From Acidimicrobiia bacterium (GTDB taxonomy: Bacteria; Actinomycetota; Acidimicrobiia; Spongiisociales; ZC4RG35): DNA of 51,639 bases. The position numbers were made by a program, and so were the translations under genes. Each line of letters starts with the position of its first letter. Position 1 is the stretch's first letter. This document shows, in pieces, positions 28,413-37,807 of the stretch. Under the pieces are notes generated by a model. It saw only the letters and a program-made list of their open reading frames with translations, did not search any database and was not told the DNA's origin. Where the stretch lies: NCBI GenBank assembly GCA_029240695.1, contig JARDZU010000001.1, positions 1-51,639 of the forward strand, written 5' to 3'.

Positions 28413-30574
28413 CAGGGTGAGGGATCGGCGGCAAGCCGGAACGAAGAGAACACGCCGTCTACCCCACGCAGGTCGGCGAGGAGCTTGGGTAGTTGGCTCG
28501 GGTCGGAGAGCTCCACCTCATAGCGCAGGATCGCCACCCGGTCATCGCCGGTGTGGGTCGAGGACGCAGTGATGTTCCCTCCCTTGTCGCTGACGACGCT
28601 GGTCACGTCCCTGAGCAGCCGGGTTCGGTCGAGGGCCTCGACCTGGATCCACACCACAAAAGCCGATGTGCTCTGAGGTGGCCACGACACCTCGACAGTC
28701 CGCTCACGTCGCTCGGCCAGAGATGAGACGTTGGTGCAGTCGGCCCGGTGCACGGACACGCCGCGGCCCACCGTGACGTAACCCACGATCGGGTCGCCGG
28801 GTACAGGTGAGCAACAACGGGCGAGGTGGATGAGCATGTCGTCCTGGCCTTCGACCACGACTTCGGCCCTATCCAACGAGCGTCTCCGGCGCGGCTGAAA
28901 GAAGTCGTCCTCCGTCTCCGGGCTGAGCAGCCTCGAGAGACGGGTCGCCACCGAGTCGAGCGAGACCGTCCCCTCGCCGATGGCGACCTGAAGCGCTTCT
29001 AGATCCTTTTGGCCCAGCTCAGCGGTGATCGATGCGAGCAGGGTCTCCTTCTCGGACGCAGAGATTCCGGCCGCCTCGCGCTTCAACAGGGCCTGTAGTG
29101 CATCCTTTCCCTCGGAGAGGGCATGATCACGACGCTCCTTGGTGAACCACTGCCTGATCTTGGATTTGGCTCGACCGGTGCTCACGAAGGCGAGCCAGTC
29201 ACGGCTCGGCCCGGCCTCCATGGACTTCGATGTCAGCACTTCGATGATGTCGCCCGATTGAAGACGGGTGGAAAGGGGGACGAGTCGGCCGTTGATCTTT
29301 GCTCCGACGCACCGATGACCGACCTCGGTATGGACGGAATAGGCGAAATCGATCGCCGTGGACCCGGCTGGCAGTGGCTTGACGTCACCGCCGGGGGTCA
29401 GGACGAATACCTCGTCCTGATAGAGGTCGAGCTTGAGGTTGGCCAGGAACTCCTCGGGGTCCTCCTCCTCGCCCCAGGAGAGGAAATCCATGCGCGGTAG
29501 CTGTCCGGCCTCACCCTCCTTGTACCGCCAGTGCGCCGCGATGCCTGCCTCCGCCCTCTGGTGCATCTCCTCGGTGCGGATCTGGACTTCGAGCGGCTTG
29601 CCGTCGGGGCCTATCACCGTGGTGTGGAGGGACTGGTAGAGGTTGATCTTGGGCATGGCGATGTAGTCCTTGAAGCGCCCGGTCACCGGAACCCAATGAC
29701 TGTGGATGAGCCCCAGCGCCGCGTAACAATCCCGCATCGATTCGGTGATGATCCGAATGCCGATCAGATCGTGGATGTCTTCGAATGGCCGGTTCTGCTC
29801 CCGCATCTTGCGGTAAATCGAGTACTGGTGTTTGGGACGGCCGGTCACCTCGGCCTCGATACCGGAATCGGCGAGGATCCCTGATATCTCGTCGACCATC
29901 TTCTCGATGAACGCCTCACGCTCCGGCGCCCGCTCAGCCAGCTTGGCCTGGATCTCGGTGTTGGGGCCCGGGTAGAGGATTGCGAAGCACCGATCCTCGA
30001 ACTCGTGCTTGATCTCCTGGACACCAAGACGATGGGCCAGCGGGGCATACACGTCGAGGGTCTCCTGGGCGACCCGACGCTGCTTCTCCTCCCGCAGGGC
30101 GTGAACCGTCCTGAGGTTGTGAAGACGGTCGAACAGCTTGATGATCAAGACCCGGACGTCCTGGGCCATGGCCACCACCATCTTGCGGATGGTCGCCGCT
30201 TGGGCTTGCTCCCGGTTCGAATAGCGGACCCGGTCGAGCTTGGTCACCCCATCGATGAGACGCCCGATCTCGTCGCCGAATTGCATGGAGAGATCGCTCA
30301 ACGTGAGGTTCGTGTCCTCCACGGTGTCATGGAGCAGGGCGGCGGCCAGGGTCTGCTCGTCGAGCCCGTAGCCGGCCAGCATGTGGGCAACGGCCAGGGG
30401 ATGGGTGATGTATGGATCACCCGTCTTTCGCACCTGACCCGCATGAGCCTCTGCCGCTACCTCGTAGGCCCGGCGCAGCAAGTCGACATCGCCATCGGGA
30501 TGATGCGCGAGGAAAACCTCGGCGACGTCCTCGAATGTCGCCTGACTCGACTCAGTCGTACTTGACGAGGGCAT
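28412..30574 (-). CDS. relA: Bifunctional (p)ppGpp synthetase/hydrolase RelA/SpoT homologue
   Basis: It has an HD domain (HAGQVRKTGDPYITHPLAV..LLHDTVEDT), a synthetase domain (YRSLHTTV-like: YQSLHTTVIGPDGKPLEVQIRT), and TGS and ACT regions. The ATG at 30574 gives 720 aa. The track start at 30649 would overlap apt by 98 nt. Confidence 0.93.
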   Translation of the reverse strand: MPSSSTTESSQATFEDVAEVFLAHHPDGDVDLLRRAYEVAAEAHAGQVRKTGDPYITHPLAVAHMLAGYGLDEQTLAAALLHDTVEDTNLTLSDLSMQFGDEIGRLIDGVTKLDRVRYSNREQAQAATIRKMVVAMAQDVRVLIIKLFDRLHNLRTVHALREEKQRRVAQETLDVYAPLAHRLGVQEIKHEFEDRCFAILYPGPNTEIQAKLAERAPEREAFIEKMVDEISGILADSGIEAEVTGRPKHQYSIYRKMREQNRPFEDIHDLIGIRIITESMRDCYAALGLIHSHWVPVTGRFKDYIAMPKINLYQSLHTTVIGPDGKPLEVQIRTEEMHQRAEAGIAAHWRYKEGEAGQLPRMDFLSWGEEEDPEEFLANLKLDLYQDEVFVLTPGGDVKPLPAGSTAIDFAYSVHTEVGHRCVGAKINGRLVPLSTRLQSGDIIEVLTSKSMEAGPSRDWLAFVSTGRAKSKIRQWFTKERRDHALSEGKDALQALLKREAAGISASEKETLLASITAELGQKDLEALQVAIGEGTVSLDSVATRLSRLLSPETEDDFFQPRRRRSLDRAEVVVEGQDDMLIHLARCCSPVPGDPIVGYVTVGRGVSVHRADCTNVSSLAERRERTVEVSWPPQSTSAFVVWIQVEALDRTRLLRDVTSVVSDKGGNITASSTHTGDDRVAILRYEVELSDPSQLPKLLADLRGVDGVFSSFRLAADPSP

Positions 30575-31070
30575 GCAGGGGTACACCGTCCAGCATCTGG
30601 GCACCGTTGAGGAAGGACAACTCGATGAAGACCGCGAACCCGACGACATCGGCGCCGATCTTCTTCAACAACCGAATGGCGGCGGCGGCTGTTCCGCCGG
30701 TGGCGATCACGTCGTCGACGAGGAGGACCTTCTCTCCCGGCTGAGCAGCGTCCGTGTGGATCTCCAGCGAATCAGTCCCATATTCCAGTGAGTAGTCCTC
30801 CCGGACCGTCTCGTAGGGCAGCTTTCCTGGCTTCCGAACCGGTATGAAGCCGGCGCCGAGGAGACCGGCAACCGGGGTCGCCAGAGTGAAGCCCCTCGCC
30901 TCGATGCCCGCGACTTTGGACACCCCTGAGTCCCGGAACGGCTCAGCCAGAGCCTCGACGAGAGCGGTGAAGGCAGCCGGATCGGCGAGGACCGGCGTGA
31001 TGTCTTTGAAGACGATCCCGGGCTCAGGGAAGTCGGGGATGTCGCGGATGAGCGCGCTGAGGTTGTCCAC
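30552..31070 (-). CDS. apt: Adenine phosphoribosyltransferase
   Basis: It is 172 aa and contains IRDIPDFPEPGIVFKDITP and the PRPP motif VLLVDDVIATGGTA. Confidence 0.93.
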   Translation of the reverse strand: MDNLSALIRDIPDFPEPGIVFKDITPVLADPAAFTALVEALAEPFRDSGVSKVAGIEARGFTLATPVAGLLGAGFIPVRKPGKLPYETVREDYSLEYGTDSLEIHTDAAQPGEKVLLVDDVIATGGTAAAAIRLLKKIGADVVGFAVFIELSFLNGAQMLDGVPLHALVKYD

Positions 31071-31090
31071 CCGGGAAGTCTACGGCCGGA

Positions 31091-31405
31091 TCAGGTGGAT
31101 TCGGCTTCTGGTTTGTCCGGACCCACCCGGGTGCCGACGGCTTTGCGGGAGACCCGGATCTTCCCCTCCTCGACCCGGAGGACGACGCTCTCGTCATCGA
31201 CCGACACCACGATGCCGTGGATCCCACCGATGGTCCGAACCTCCTCACCGGGGCTGAGGGTCTTGGACAGCTCCTGCTGGGCCTTGGCGCGTTGACGCTG
31301 GGGCCGGATGATGAACAACCAGAAGACGGCAACCATCAGCCCGAGGAAGAGCAGCGAGGGCAGCGGGCTCGCCGCAGTCTCCTGGGCAAAGACGAGATGG
31401 GTCAC
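31091..31405 (-). CDS. yajC: Preprotein translocase subunit YajC
   Basis: It is 104 aa. A TM helix is followed by IIRPQRQRAKAQQEL...L..G..V.T.GGIHG.VV.V. The GTG start lies 6 nt after GGAGGA. Confidence 0.85.
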   Translation of the reverse strand: MTHLVFAQETAASPLPSLLFLGLMVAVFWLFIIRPQRQRAKAQQELSKTLSPGEEVRTIGGIHGIVVSVDDESVVLRVEEGKIRVSRKAVGTRVGPDKPEAEST

Positions 31406-31459
31406 TGGATCCTCCAGATCGCGAGAGTTGGACCGCCGAGATTAGGCAACGGCAGGGGT

Positions 31460-32569
31460 CTAGGGCGAACCCTTGGCCCTGGTTGCGGCGACGCCGCCGA
31501 CGAAGTCGGGAAACGTCTCCGATTCGATGGCCTTGCGGGCGGCGCCGACCAAGTCCAGCGTGTACCGAAGGTTGTGGATCGTGAGGAGGCGATGGGCGGA
31601 CAGCTCCTTCACTCGGACCAGATGCCGCAAGTAGCCCCGGCTATGGGTCCGACACGTGTGGCAGACGCAGTCATCGTCGATGGGGCGATCGTCGGAGTCC
31701 GACTCGGCGTTACGGAGGCTGAAGTCTCCGCCGCGCGTCAATACCTTGCCGTGCCGGGCGAGCCGGGTGGGAAGGACGCAATCGAACATGTCCGCCCCTC
31801 TGGCGATCGCCTCGAGGAGCCCGTCTGTATCTCCCAGGCCCATTACGTACCGGGGCTTGCCCTCAGGGAGCTCGGCGAAGCTTGCTTCCAGGGCGAGATG
31901 ACGCTCATCCCGGCCCTCACCGACTGAGAGCCCCCCGATCCCGAAGCCTGGGAACCCGAGGGCGGCGGTCTGAGCGGCGCTCTTCGCCCTCAGATCGGGG
32001 TCGACTCCGCCCTGGACTATTCCAAAAAGAGCCTGATCCGACTTGGTATGCGCCCGCAGGCATCGCTCGGCCCAGCGCAGGGTCCGCTCCAGCTCGGCCT
32101 CGACCAAATCGGCCGGCGCAGGTAGACCGACGCACACGTCCAGGGCCATGGCGATGTCGGGCGCAAGCTCCTCCTGGATCCGGACCGCTTCCTCGGGAGT
32201 GAGCTCGACAGAGGACCCGTCGTAGACGGAACGGAAGCGGGCACCGCTCTCCTCGATCACCGGGTCGAGGGAGAAGATCTGAAACCCGCCTGAGTCGGTG
32301 AGGATCGGCCCATCCCACGCCATGAATTGGTGGAGCCCGCCGAGAGCCGCGATCCGCGACGACCCCGGCCGCAGCATCAGGTGGTACGTATTGGCCAGCA
32401 CGATCTCGGCTCCGACTCCAGACAGGTCGTGACTGTCGATGGCCTTCACGGCAGCTCTTGTTCCCACCGGCATGAAGGCCGGAGTCGGGATCCGGCCGTG
32501 AGGGGTGTCGAGCCAACCAGAGCGCGCCTCCCCATTCTTCGACTGCAAGGTCCAGGTCACCGCGCTCAT
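31460..32569 (-). CDS. tgt: Queuine tRNA-ribosyltransferase
   Basis: From the ATG at 32569 it reads MSAVTWTLQSKNGEARSGWLDTPHGRIPTPAFMPVGT. It contains DSGGFQ and the Zn motif CVCHTCRTHSRGYLRHL. The upstream 30 codons of the track ORF overlap queA. Confidence 0.93.
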   Translation of the reverse strand: MSAVTWTLQSKNGEARSGWLDTPHGRIPTPAFMPVGTRAAVKAIDSHDLSGVGAEIVLANTYHLMLRPGSSRIAALGGLHQFMAWDGPILTDSGGFQIFSLDPVIEESGARFRSVYDGSSVELTPEEAVRIQEELAPDIAMALDVCVGLPAPADLVEAELERTLRWAERCLRAHTKSDQALFGIVQGGVDPDLRAKSAAQTAALGFPGFGIGGLSVGEGRDERHLALEASFAELPEGKPRYVMGLGDTDGLLEAIARGADMFDCVLPTRLARHGKVLTRGGDFSLRNAESDSDDRPIDDDCVCHTCRTHSRGYLRHLVRVKELSAHRLLTIHNLRYTLDLVGAARKAIESETFPDFVGGVAATRAKGSP

Positions 32570-32577
32570 GACCCTGA

Positions 32578-33582
32578 TTATCGCTCGGCCAGCATTGCAT
32601 CCCCGAACGAGAGAAATCGATACCGGCGTTGGAGGGCGATCTGATATGCCTCCCGCCACCTATCCCCCATGAAGGCCGCCACCAGGACCACGAGGGTCGA
32701 CCCCGGGACGTGGAAGTTGGTCACCAGGGCGTCGACCACCCGGAACTCCAGACCGGGTGTGACGAAGAGGTTCGTTTCACGTTCACCGGCGGTCACTGTC
32801 CCGGGCTTATCGGCAAATGACTCCAGAGTCCTCACCACGGTGGTGCCGATAGCCACCACCCGCCCTCCCCGGGCACGGGCGGAGTCGACTGCGGCTGCGG
32901 TCGACTCCGGGATCGAGCACCACTCCGAGTGCATCACGTGCTCCTCGATGTTCTCGGTGGCGATGGGTCGAAACGTGTCGATGCCGACGTGAAGGTCGAC
33001 GGGTGCGATCTCGATCTCCCGTTGTCGCAGACGGGTTGCCACCTCCTCGGTGAAATGAAGGCCGGCGGTGGGGGCTGCCGCCGAACCGATCGTGCGGGCG
33101 AACATCGTCTGGTACCGATCGGGATCGTCCAAAGTGCCATGGAAGTAGGGCGGCAGCGGGATGTTCCCGGCGTTGGCTATAGCTCCTTCGACATCGGGCG
33201 CTTCTATGTCGACCACGACCATCCCTTCGTCGGGGCCGTCGACGATCCTGGCCCTGATCGCCTCGATCTCGATCACGATCCCGGGCCGGAGCCTTCGCGA
33301 TGGCCGGGCCAGTGCCTCCCAAAGCCCGTCGGGGCGGGCCTCGAGCAGGAGCAACTCGACAGAACCGCCCGTGTCGAGGCGGCGGCCGGCTAGCCGGGCC
33401 GCTCGGACCCGGGTCTCATTGACTACGACCAGGTCACCGGGCCGAAGCAATGAAGGCAGGTCGAGGAATCGATGATCCGACATGTCCCGGGTGTCGAGGA
33501 GCCGGGAGTCGTGACGGGGCTCGATCGCCTCCTGGGCGATGGCCGACTCCGGGAGTGGGTACTTGAAGTCCTCGACCCTCAT
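32578..33582 (-). CDS. queA: S-adenosylmethionine:tRNA ribosyltransferase-isomerase
   Basis: It is 334 aa and contains F.Y.LPES.IAQ..IEPR..SRLL, PLPPYF, GSAAAPTAGLHFT and FRFLSFGDAML. Confidence 0.93.
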   Translation of the reverse strand: MRVEDFKYPLPESAIAQEAIEPRHDSRLLDTRDMSDHRFLDLPSLLRPGDLVVVNETRVRAARLAGRRLDTGGSVELLLLEARPDGLWEALARPSRRLRPGIVIEIEAIRARIVDGPDEGMVVVDIEAPDVEGAIANAGNIPLPPYFHGTLDDPDRYQTMFARTIGSAAAPTAGLHFTEEVATRLRQREIEIAPVDLHVGIDTFRPIATENIEEHVMHSEWCSIPESTAAAVDSARARGGRVVAIGTTVVRTLESFADKPGTVTAGERETNLFVTPGLEFRVVDALVTNFHVPGSTLVVLVAAFMGDRWREAYQIALQRRYRFLSFGDAMLAER

Positions 33583-33594
33583 CTAGATGCGAGG

Positions 33595-34608
33595 CTAGAG
33601 AAGCGTCCCCTGGGGATCGGCGGGCGGTTCCTGGCCGAGGTGGGTGTAAGAGCGAGCAGTGGCCATGCGGCCTCGCGGCGTGCGTTTGATCAAACCGGAC
33701 TGGAGCAGGAACGGCTCGTAGGCGTCCTCGACCGTCTCCGGCTCCTCGCCGACGGCGATAGCGAGGGTCGAGAGCCCGACCGGCCCGCCACCGAACTTGT
33801 CGATGATCGACTCGAGGATCGCCCGGTCAACCTTGTCCAGACCGAGATCGTCGACCTCGAACACCCGCAATGCCTCGTTCGCGACTTCGGGGTCGATGAC
33901 ACCTGACGCCCTGGACACCGCGTAGTCCCGGACTCGGGCGAGGAGTCTGTTCGCGATGCGTGGCGTCGATCGGCTGCGATGGGAGATGATCCCGGCTGCA
34001 TCCTCCGAGATCTCCACACCGATGATTCCGGCCGATCGACGGATGATGACAGCGAGCTCGTCCGGGGAGTAGTAATCCAGCTTCTCCTCGATCCCGAACC
34101 GGTCCCGAAGCGGCGCCGTCACGGTGCCCTTACGTGTGGTGGCTCCGACCAGTGTGAACTGCGGCAGGTCGAGACGGATCGACTGGGCGGTTGGGCCTTT
34201 GCCGAGCACGATGTCTAGCTGGAAGTCCTCCATGGCCGGATAGAGCACTTCTTCGACGGCTCGGGGAAGGCGGTGAATCTCGTCGATGAAGAACACGTCG
34301 CCCGTGTCCAGGTTGGAGAGGATGGCGGCGAGGTCGCCAGGCCGGTCGAGGGCCGGCCCAGAGGTGATCCGCATCTTCACGTCCAGCTCGTTGGCGATGA
34401 CTCCGGCGAGCGTCGTCTTCCCCAGCCCGGGAGGGCCCGAGAACAGCACATGATCCAGCGGACGATTCTCTTTGCGGGCCGCGTCCAACGAGATCTCGAG
34501 GCGCTCTCGCACCCGATCCTGACCGATGAACTCGTCGAGACGCTTGGGGCGGAGCGTGATCTCCTCTTCCGTCTCGATCGTCGGGTTCAAGAGGGAGTCC
34601 TCACGCAT
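33595..34608 (-). CDS. ruvB: Holliday junction branch migration ATPase RuvB
   Basis: It contains [12 protein letters not shown], the Walker A motif [11 protein letters not shown], the Walker B motif FIDEIHRL, and TPRIANRLL. Confidence 0.95.
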   Translation of the reverse strand: MREDSLLNPTIETEEEITLRPKRLDEFIGQDRVRERLEISLDAARKENRPLDHVLFSGPPGLGKTTLAGVIANELDVKMRITSGPALDRPGDLAAILSNLDTGDVFFIDEIHRLPRAVEEVLYPAMEDFQLDIVLGKGPTAQSIRLDLPQFTLVGATTRKGTVTAPLRDRFGIEEKLDYYSPDELAVIIRRSAGIIGVEISEDAAGIISHRSRSTPRIANRLLARVRDYAVSRASGVIDPEVANEALRVFEVDDLGLDKVDRAILESIIDKFGGGPVGLSTLAIAVGEEPETVEDAYEPFLLQSGLIKRTPRGRMATARSYTHLGQEPPADPQGTLL

Positions 34609-34610
34609 GC

Positions 34611-35180
34611 TCAGCCTCTTCCCAGGGCGCGGAGCGCGGCCTTGATCTGGGTCTCGATGGCGGAATCCGGGTCTAGCTCGCCCATGACCCGGTTGATCTC
34701 GTCGGTCGAATAACCCAGGCCCTCCAAGGCCTGACGAACCGTCACCAGGTTGGTCGCGCCGACTAGCTCGACATCGACGCCGGCCAGCTTGGGCGCCAGC
34801 TCGAGCACGATCTTCTGCGCCCCGCGTTTCCCCACTCCGGGCACGACGGTGAGCGCATCGGCGTCTTCGGTGACGATGGAGCGGACGATCTCCTGGTGGG
34901 TCATGGTCCCCAGAATGGACATTGCCAGCTTGGGCCCGACTCCGCCTGCCCCCAGCAGGATCCGGAACAGGTCGCGATCTGCCTCGGCGCCAAACCCGTA
35001 GAGGCTCAAATCGTCCTCACGCACGTGGGTGTGGGTATGCACCACAACTTCTTCACCAATGCCAGGCAGGGCCGCGACGCCCCGTGGGGTCATGCTCACG
35101 TCGTAGCCCACACCGCCCACCTCGACGCAGACCACTTCTCCGCGTCTCGAAACGAGGACACCGCGCAGACGGCCGATCAT
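34611..35180 (-). CDS. ruvA: Holliday junction DNA helicase subunit RuvA
   Basis: It begins MIGRLRG.L......[10 protein letters not shown], contains LYGF and HhH motifs ([13 protein letters not shown]) and is 189 aa long. Confidence 0.92.
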   Translation of the reverse strand: MIGRLRGVLVSRRGEVVCVEVGGVGYDVSMTPRGVAALPGIGEEVVVHTHTHVREDDLSLYGFGAEADRDLFRILLGAGGVGPKLAMSILGTMTHQEIVRSIVTEDADALTVVPGVGKRGAQKIVLELAPKLAGVDVELVGATNLVTVRQALEGLGYSTDEINRVMGELDPDSAIETQIKAALRALGRG

Positions 35181-35659
35181 CGGACTCTCTCCAAAGGGGC
35201 AGCTCGGAGATGACAGAGAGCAATAGCGAGGGCGTCGGCTGCGTCGGCTGGCCGGGGCGGCTCCTCCAATCGGAGCAGGCGAGCCACCATTTGTTGAATC
35301 TGCTTCTTGGAAGCCGACCCGTCGCCGGTAATCGCCGACTTGACTGCGGTCGGAGCGTATTCGGAGACAGCGAGACCGGCTCGGGCGGCGGCGAGCAGGG
35401 CGACGCCGGACGCCCGGCCAACCGAGATCGCCGTCTGCAGGTTCTGGTTGGTGAAAACCGACTCCACGGCTACCACGTCGGGCTTCGATTCTTCGATCAC
35501 TTGGGTCAATCCGATGAACAGCTCGGCGAGTCTTTTGGCCATTGGCGCTCCGGGGTCGGTTCGGATCACGCCGGCGAGCATGGCGGTGGGTGGGTGCCCG
35601 CCCTCTACCACCCCGTATCCGGTGGCAGATAGTCCGGGGTCGATGCCCATGACGAACAT
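35177..35659 (-). CDS. ruvC: Crossover junction endodeoxyribonuclease RuvC
   Basis: From the ATG at 35659 it reads MFVMGIDPGLSATGYGVVE.. and runs 160 aa. There is an ATGA overlap with ruvA. The 26 extra N-terminal codons in the track ORF cross the upstream terminator hairpin. Confidence 0.9.
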   Translation of the reverse strand: MFVMGIDPGLSATGYGVVEGGHPPTAMLAGVIRTDPGAPMAKRLAELFIGLTQVIEESKPDVVAVESVFTNQNLQTAISVGRASGVALLAAARAGLAVSEYAPTAVKSAITGDGSASKKQIQQMVARLLRLEEPPRPADAADALAIALCHLRAAPLERVR

Positions 35660-35714
35660 ATGTTTGGTGAGGTTAGGCTGGCCCGACCGCGATTCCGGAG
35701 ATTTGGGCAAACAA

Positions 35715-35744
35715 ATGAGGGGCGCCGGTCTCGGCACCCCTCAT
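35715..35744 (-). terminator. Putative intrinsic terminator downstream of the 35766..36023 gene
   Basis: On the minus strand: AUGAGGGG-U-GCCG AGAC CGGC-G-CCCCUCAU (8+4 bp stem, one mismatch, 4-nt loop), followed by UUGUUUG. It begins 21 nt after the stop codon. Confidence 0.55.
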
Positions 35745-35765
35745 CATTCCTGTGGTGGGCTCCCG

Positions 35766-36023
35766 TTATGCCACGCTTCGAGAGGTCGTTGTCCGATAGA
35801 TCAGCAGTGCGATTATCGCCCCGATGATCGAGCCCACGATCCCCGCCGCGGTCACGTCCCATTGCCCGTCGAACAGGAGATTCCCCAGGAACCCCCCAAC
35901 CAGCGAGCCGACGAGCCCGAGCACGAGTGTCCCGAGCATTCCCATCGAATCCGAGCCGGGGACCAAGGCTCGTGCGATGAGGCCGGCAATGAGGCCGACC
36001 AACAACCAAATCAAGATTCCCAT
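35766..36023 (-). CDS. GlsB/YeaQ/YmgE family stress-response membrane protein
   Basis: It is 85 aa, begins MGILIWLLVGLIAGLIARALVPG.....GMLGTLVLGLVGSLVGGFLG, and has Gly-zipper TM helices. AGGAGG lies 8 nt upstream of the ATG. Confidence 0.85.
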   Translation of the reverse strand: MGILIWLLVGLIAGLIARALVPGSDSMGMLGTLVLGLVGSLVGGFLGNLLFDGQWDVTAAGIVGSIIGAIIALLIYRTTTSRSVA

Positions 36024-36150
36024 ATTCGTTCCTCCTGGTGGGTTTGGCCGGACTAATTACCCGCGAGCACACGACACAAAACGACGTTTCCGTGACACGA
36101 CCGTCGTCGCGGCGTAGGGTGTCGACCGTCGCCAAGAGAAGGAGAGCATC

Positions 36151-36465
36151 ATGGACTGGGTCGGCACGATCATCGCATCACTGCTGGCAGGCATCATCAT
36201 CGGGCCCCTGGCTCGTTTGGTGCTCCCGGGGAGGCAGAACATCTCCGTAGGGATGACGATCCTGATTGGTGCATTAGGCGCTTTGCTCGGGGGACTGATC
36301 GCATATTGGGTCGGGGTCGAAGACACAGCGGGGCTCGACTGGACCCAGTATCTGATTCAGGTGGCCGTGGCCGCTGTGCTGGTCCTCGCTTACGGCGCGA
36401 TGGCGGGCAGGGGATCGTCCAGCGCCACACCTAGCGAGACGCCCCCGCCCCCACCGACAACCTGA
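36151..36465 (+). CDS. GlsB/YeaQ/YmgE family membrane protein with a Pro/Ser/Thr-rich tail
   Basis: It is 104 aa and contains IIASLLAGIIIGPLARLVLPGRQN.....ILIGALGALLGGLI, ending in ...SSSATPSETPPPPPTT. GAAGGAGA lies upstream of the ATG. Confidence 0.8.
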   Translation: MDWVGTIIASLLAGIIIGPLARLVLPGRQNISVGMTILIGALGALLGGLIAYWVGVEDTAGLDWTQYLIQVAVAAVLVLAYGAMAGRGSSSATPSETPPPPPTT

Positions 36466-36484
36466 CCGGCTGAACGCCCCCCGA

Positions 36485-37234
36485 TCAGACCTCTTCGAGG
36501 ACGCGCTCCATGACGTCGTCGTCGATGTCGTAATTCGCATACACCGACTGAACATCGTCCAGATCGTCCAGGGCGTCGATCAAACGCAACAATTTTCTCG
36601 CCTCCCCTTCACCAACCGGAACCGTGGTGGAGGCGAGCTGTGTGACGTCTGCCGAGTCGATTTCTAGACCTCCCTCACCGAGGGCGGTCCGAACCTGCTG
36701 AAGGTCGCCCGGTGAGGTTATGACCTCGAACCACCCGTCACCCGAGTCGCGGATGTCCTCGGCCCCCGCATCGAGGGCGACCAGCATCACATCGTCCTCG
36801 GAGCCTTTCACGTGGATCAAGCCTTTCTGATGGAAGAGATAACCGACGGACCCAGGCTCGCCGAGGTTGCCGCCGCTTCTAGTGAATGTGGAGCGGACGT
36901 CTGAAGCAGCCCTGTTCCTGTTGTCGGTGAGAATCTGCACGTAGAGCGCTACGCCTCCGGGGCCGTAACCCTCGTACCAGATCTCCTCATAGTGGGCGCC
37001 TTCGACTTCCCCGGTGCCCCGTTTGACCGCACGGTCGATGTTGTCGTTGGGCATCGAGGCCACCTTGGCCTTGTAGATGGCGGTCGCGAGCGTCGGGTTG
37101 AAGTCCGGATTGCCCCCTCCCTCACGGGCCGCGATCTCGATCGCCTTGGCAAGCTTTCCGAACAACTTGCCGCGTGCCGCGTCCTGGCGGCCTTTGCGGT
37201 GCTTGATGTTTGCCCACTTGGAATGTCCTGACAC
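36485..37234 (-). CDS. YebC/PmpR family DNA-binding transcriptional regulator
   Basis: It begins MSGHSKWANIKHRKG.QDA.RGKLF.KL.K.I..AAR.GG.NP..N and is 249 aa long. Confidence 0.93.
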   Translation of the reverse strand: MSGHSKWANIKHRKGRQDAARGKLFGKLAKAIEIAAREGGGNPDFNPTLATAIYKAKVASMPNDNIDRAVKRGTGEVEGAHYEEIWYEGYGPGGVALYVQILTDNRNRAASDVRSTFTRSGGNLGEPGSVGYLFHQKGLIHVKGSEDDVMLVALDAGAEDIRDSGDGWFEVITSPGDLQQVRTALGEGGLEIDSADVTQLASTTVPVGEGEARKLLRLIDALDDLDDVQSVYANYDIDDDVMERVLEEV

Positions 37235-37242
37235 GGGTTCCC

Positions 37243-37806
37243 TCAGATCAGATCGATCAAGAGTTGGTGGATCCGGGCGTCACCGGTCAACTCGGGATGG
37301 AAGGAGGTGGCGAGGATCTTGCCCTGACGAACCATGACAGGGTGTTCGTCGATGTCGGCGAGGACCTCTACGTCGGCGCCCACTTTCTCGACCCAGGGGG
37401 CGCGGATGAAGACGGCGTGGAAAGGCTCCTCCAAGCCATGGACTTCGAGAGCCGATTCGAAGGACTCGTTCTGCCGGCCGAAGGCGTTGCGTCGAGCCAC
37501 GACGTCGAGGACGCCCAGAAGCGGCTGGTCGCCGTCGGTCACGGCGCCGGCCAGCAGGATGAGTCCGGCACAGGTGCCGTAGGTGGGGAGCCCGTCTTCG
37601 ATGGATCTCCGCAGAGGCTCGATCAAGCCGAAGCGGACTGCCATCTTGCCGATGGTGGTCGACTCTCCTCCCGGGATCACCAGTGCGTCGATCGCCCCGA
37701 GCTCGTCCGGGGTCTTGACCGGTGCCGCCGCCACACCGAGCGACTCGAGAGTGTGGAGATGCTCCCGGACGTCCCCCTGAAGGGCAAGGACGCCAACGGT
37801 GGTCAT
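37243..37806 (-). CDS. pdxT: Pyridoxal 5'-phosphate synthase glutaminase subunit PdxT
   Basis: From the ATG at 37806 it reads MTTVGVLALQGDVREH. It contains GGESTT, GTCAG and FHPELT. The 65 N-terminal codons of the track ORF overlap pdxS. Confidence 0.92.
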   Translation of the reverse strand: MTTVGVLALQGDVREHLHTLESLGVAAAPVKTPDELGAIDALVIPGGESTTIGKMAVRFGLIEPLRRSIEDGLPTYGTCAGLILLAGAVTDGDQPLLGVLDVVARRNAFGRQNESFESALEVHGLEEPFHAVFIRAPWVEKVGADVEVLADIDEHPVMVRQGKILATSFHPELTGDARIHQLLIDLI

Positions 37807-37807
37807 C

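Noticed and set aside
35660-35714. A possible LexA SOS box or RecA-independent DNA-damage promoter upstream of ruvC.
   Set aside because: There is no TCGAAC-N4-GTTCGA-like palindrome and no TGTC-N8-TAnnnT-like motif in the ~55 nt between the terminator hairpin and the ruvC start.
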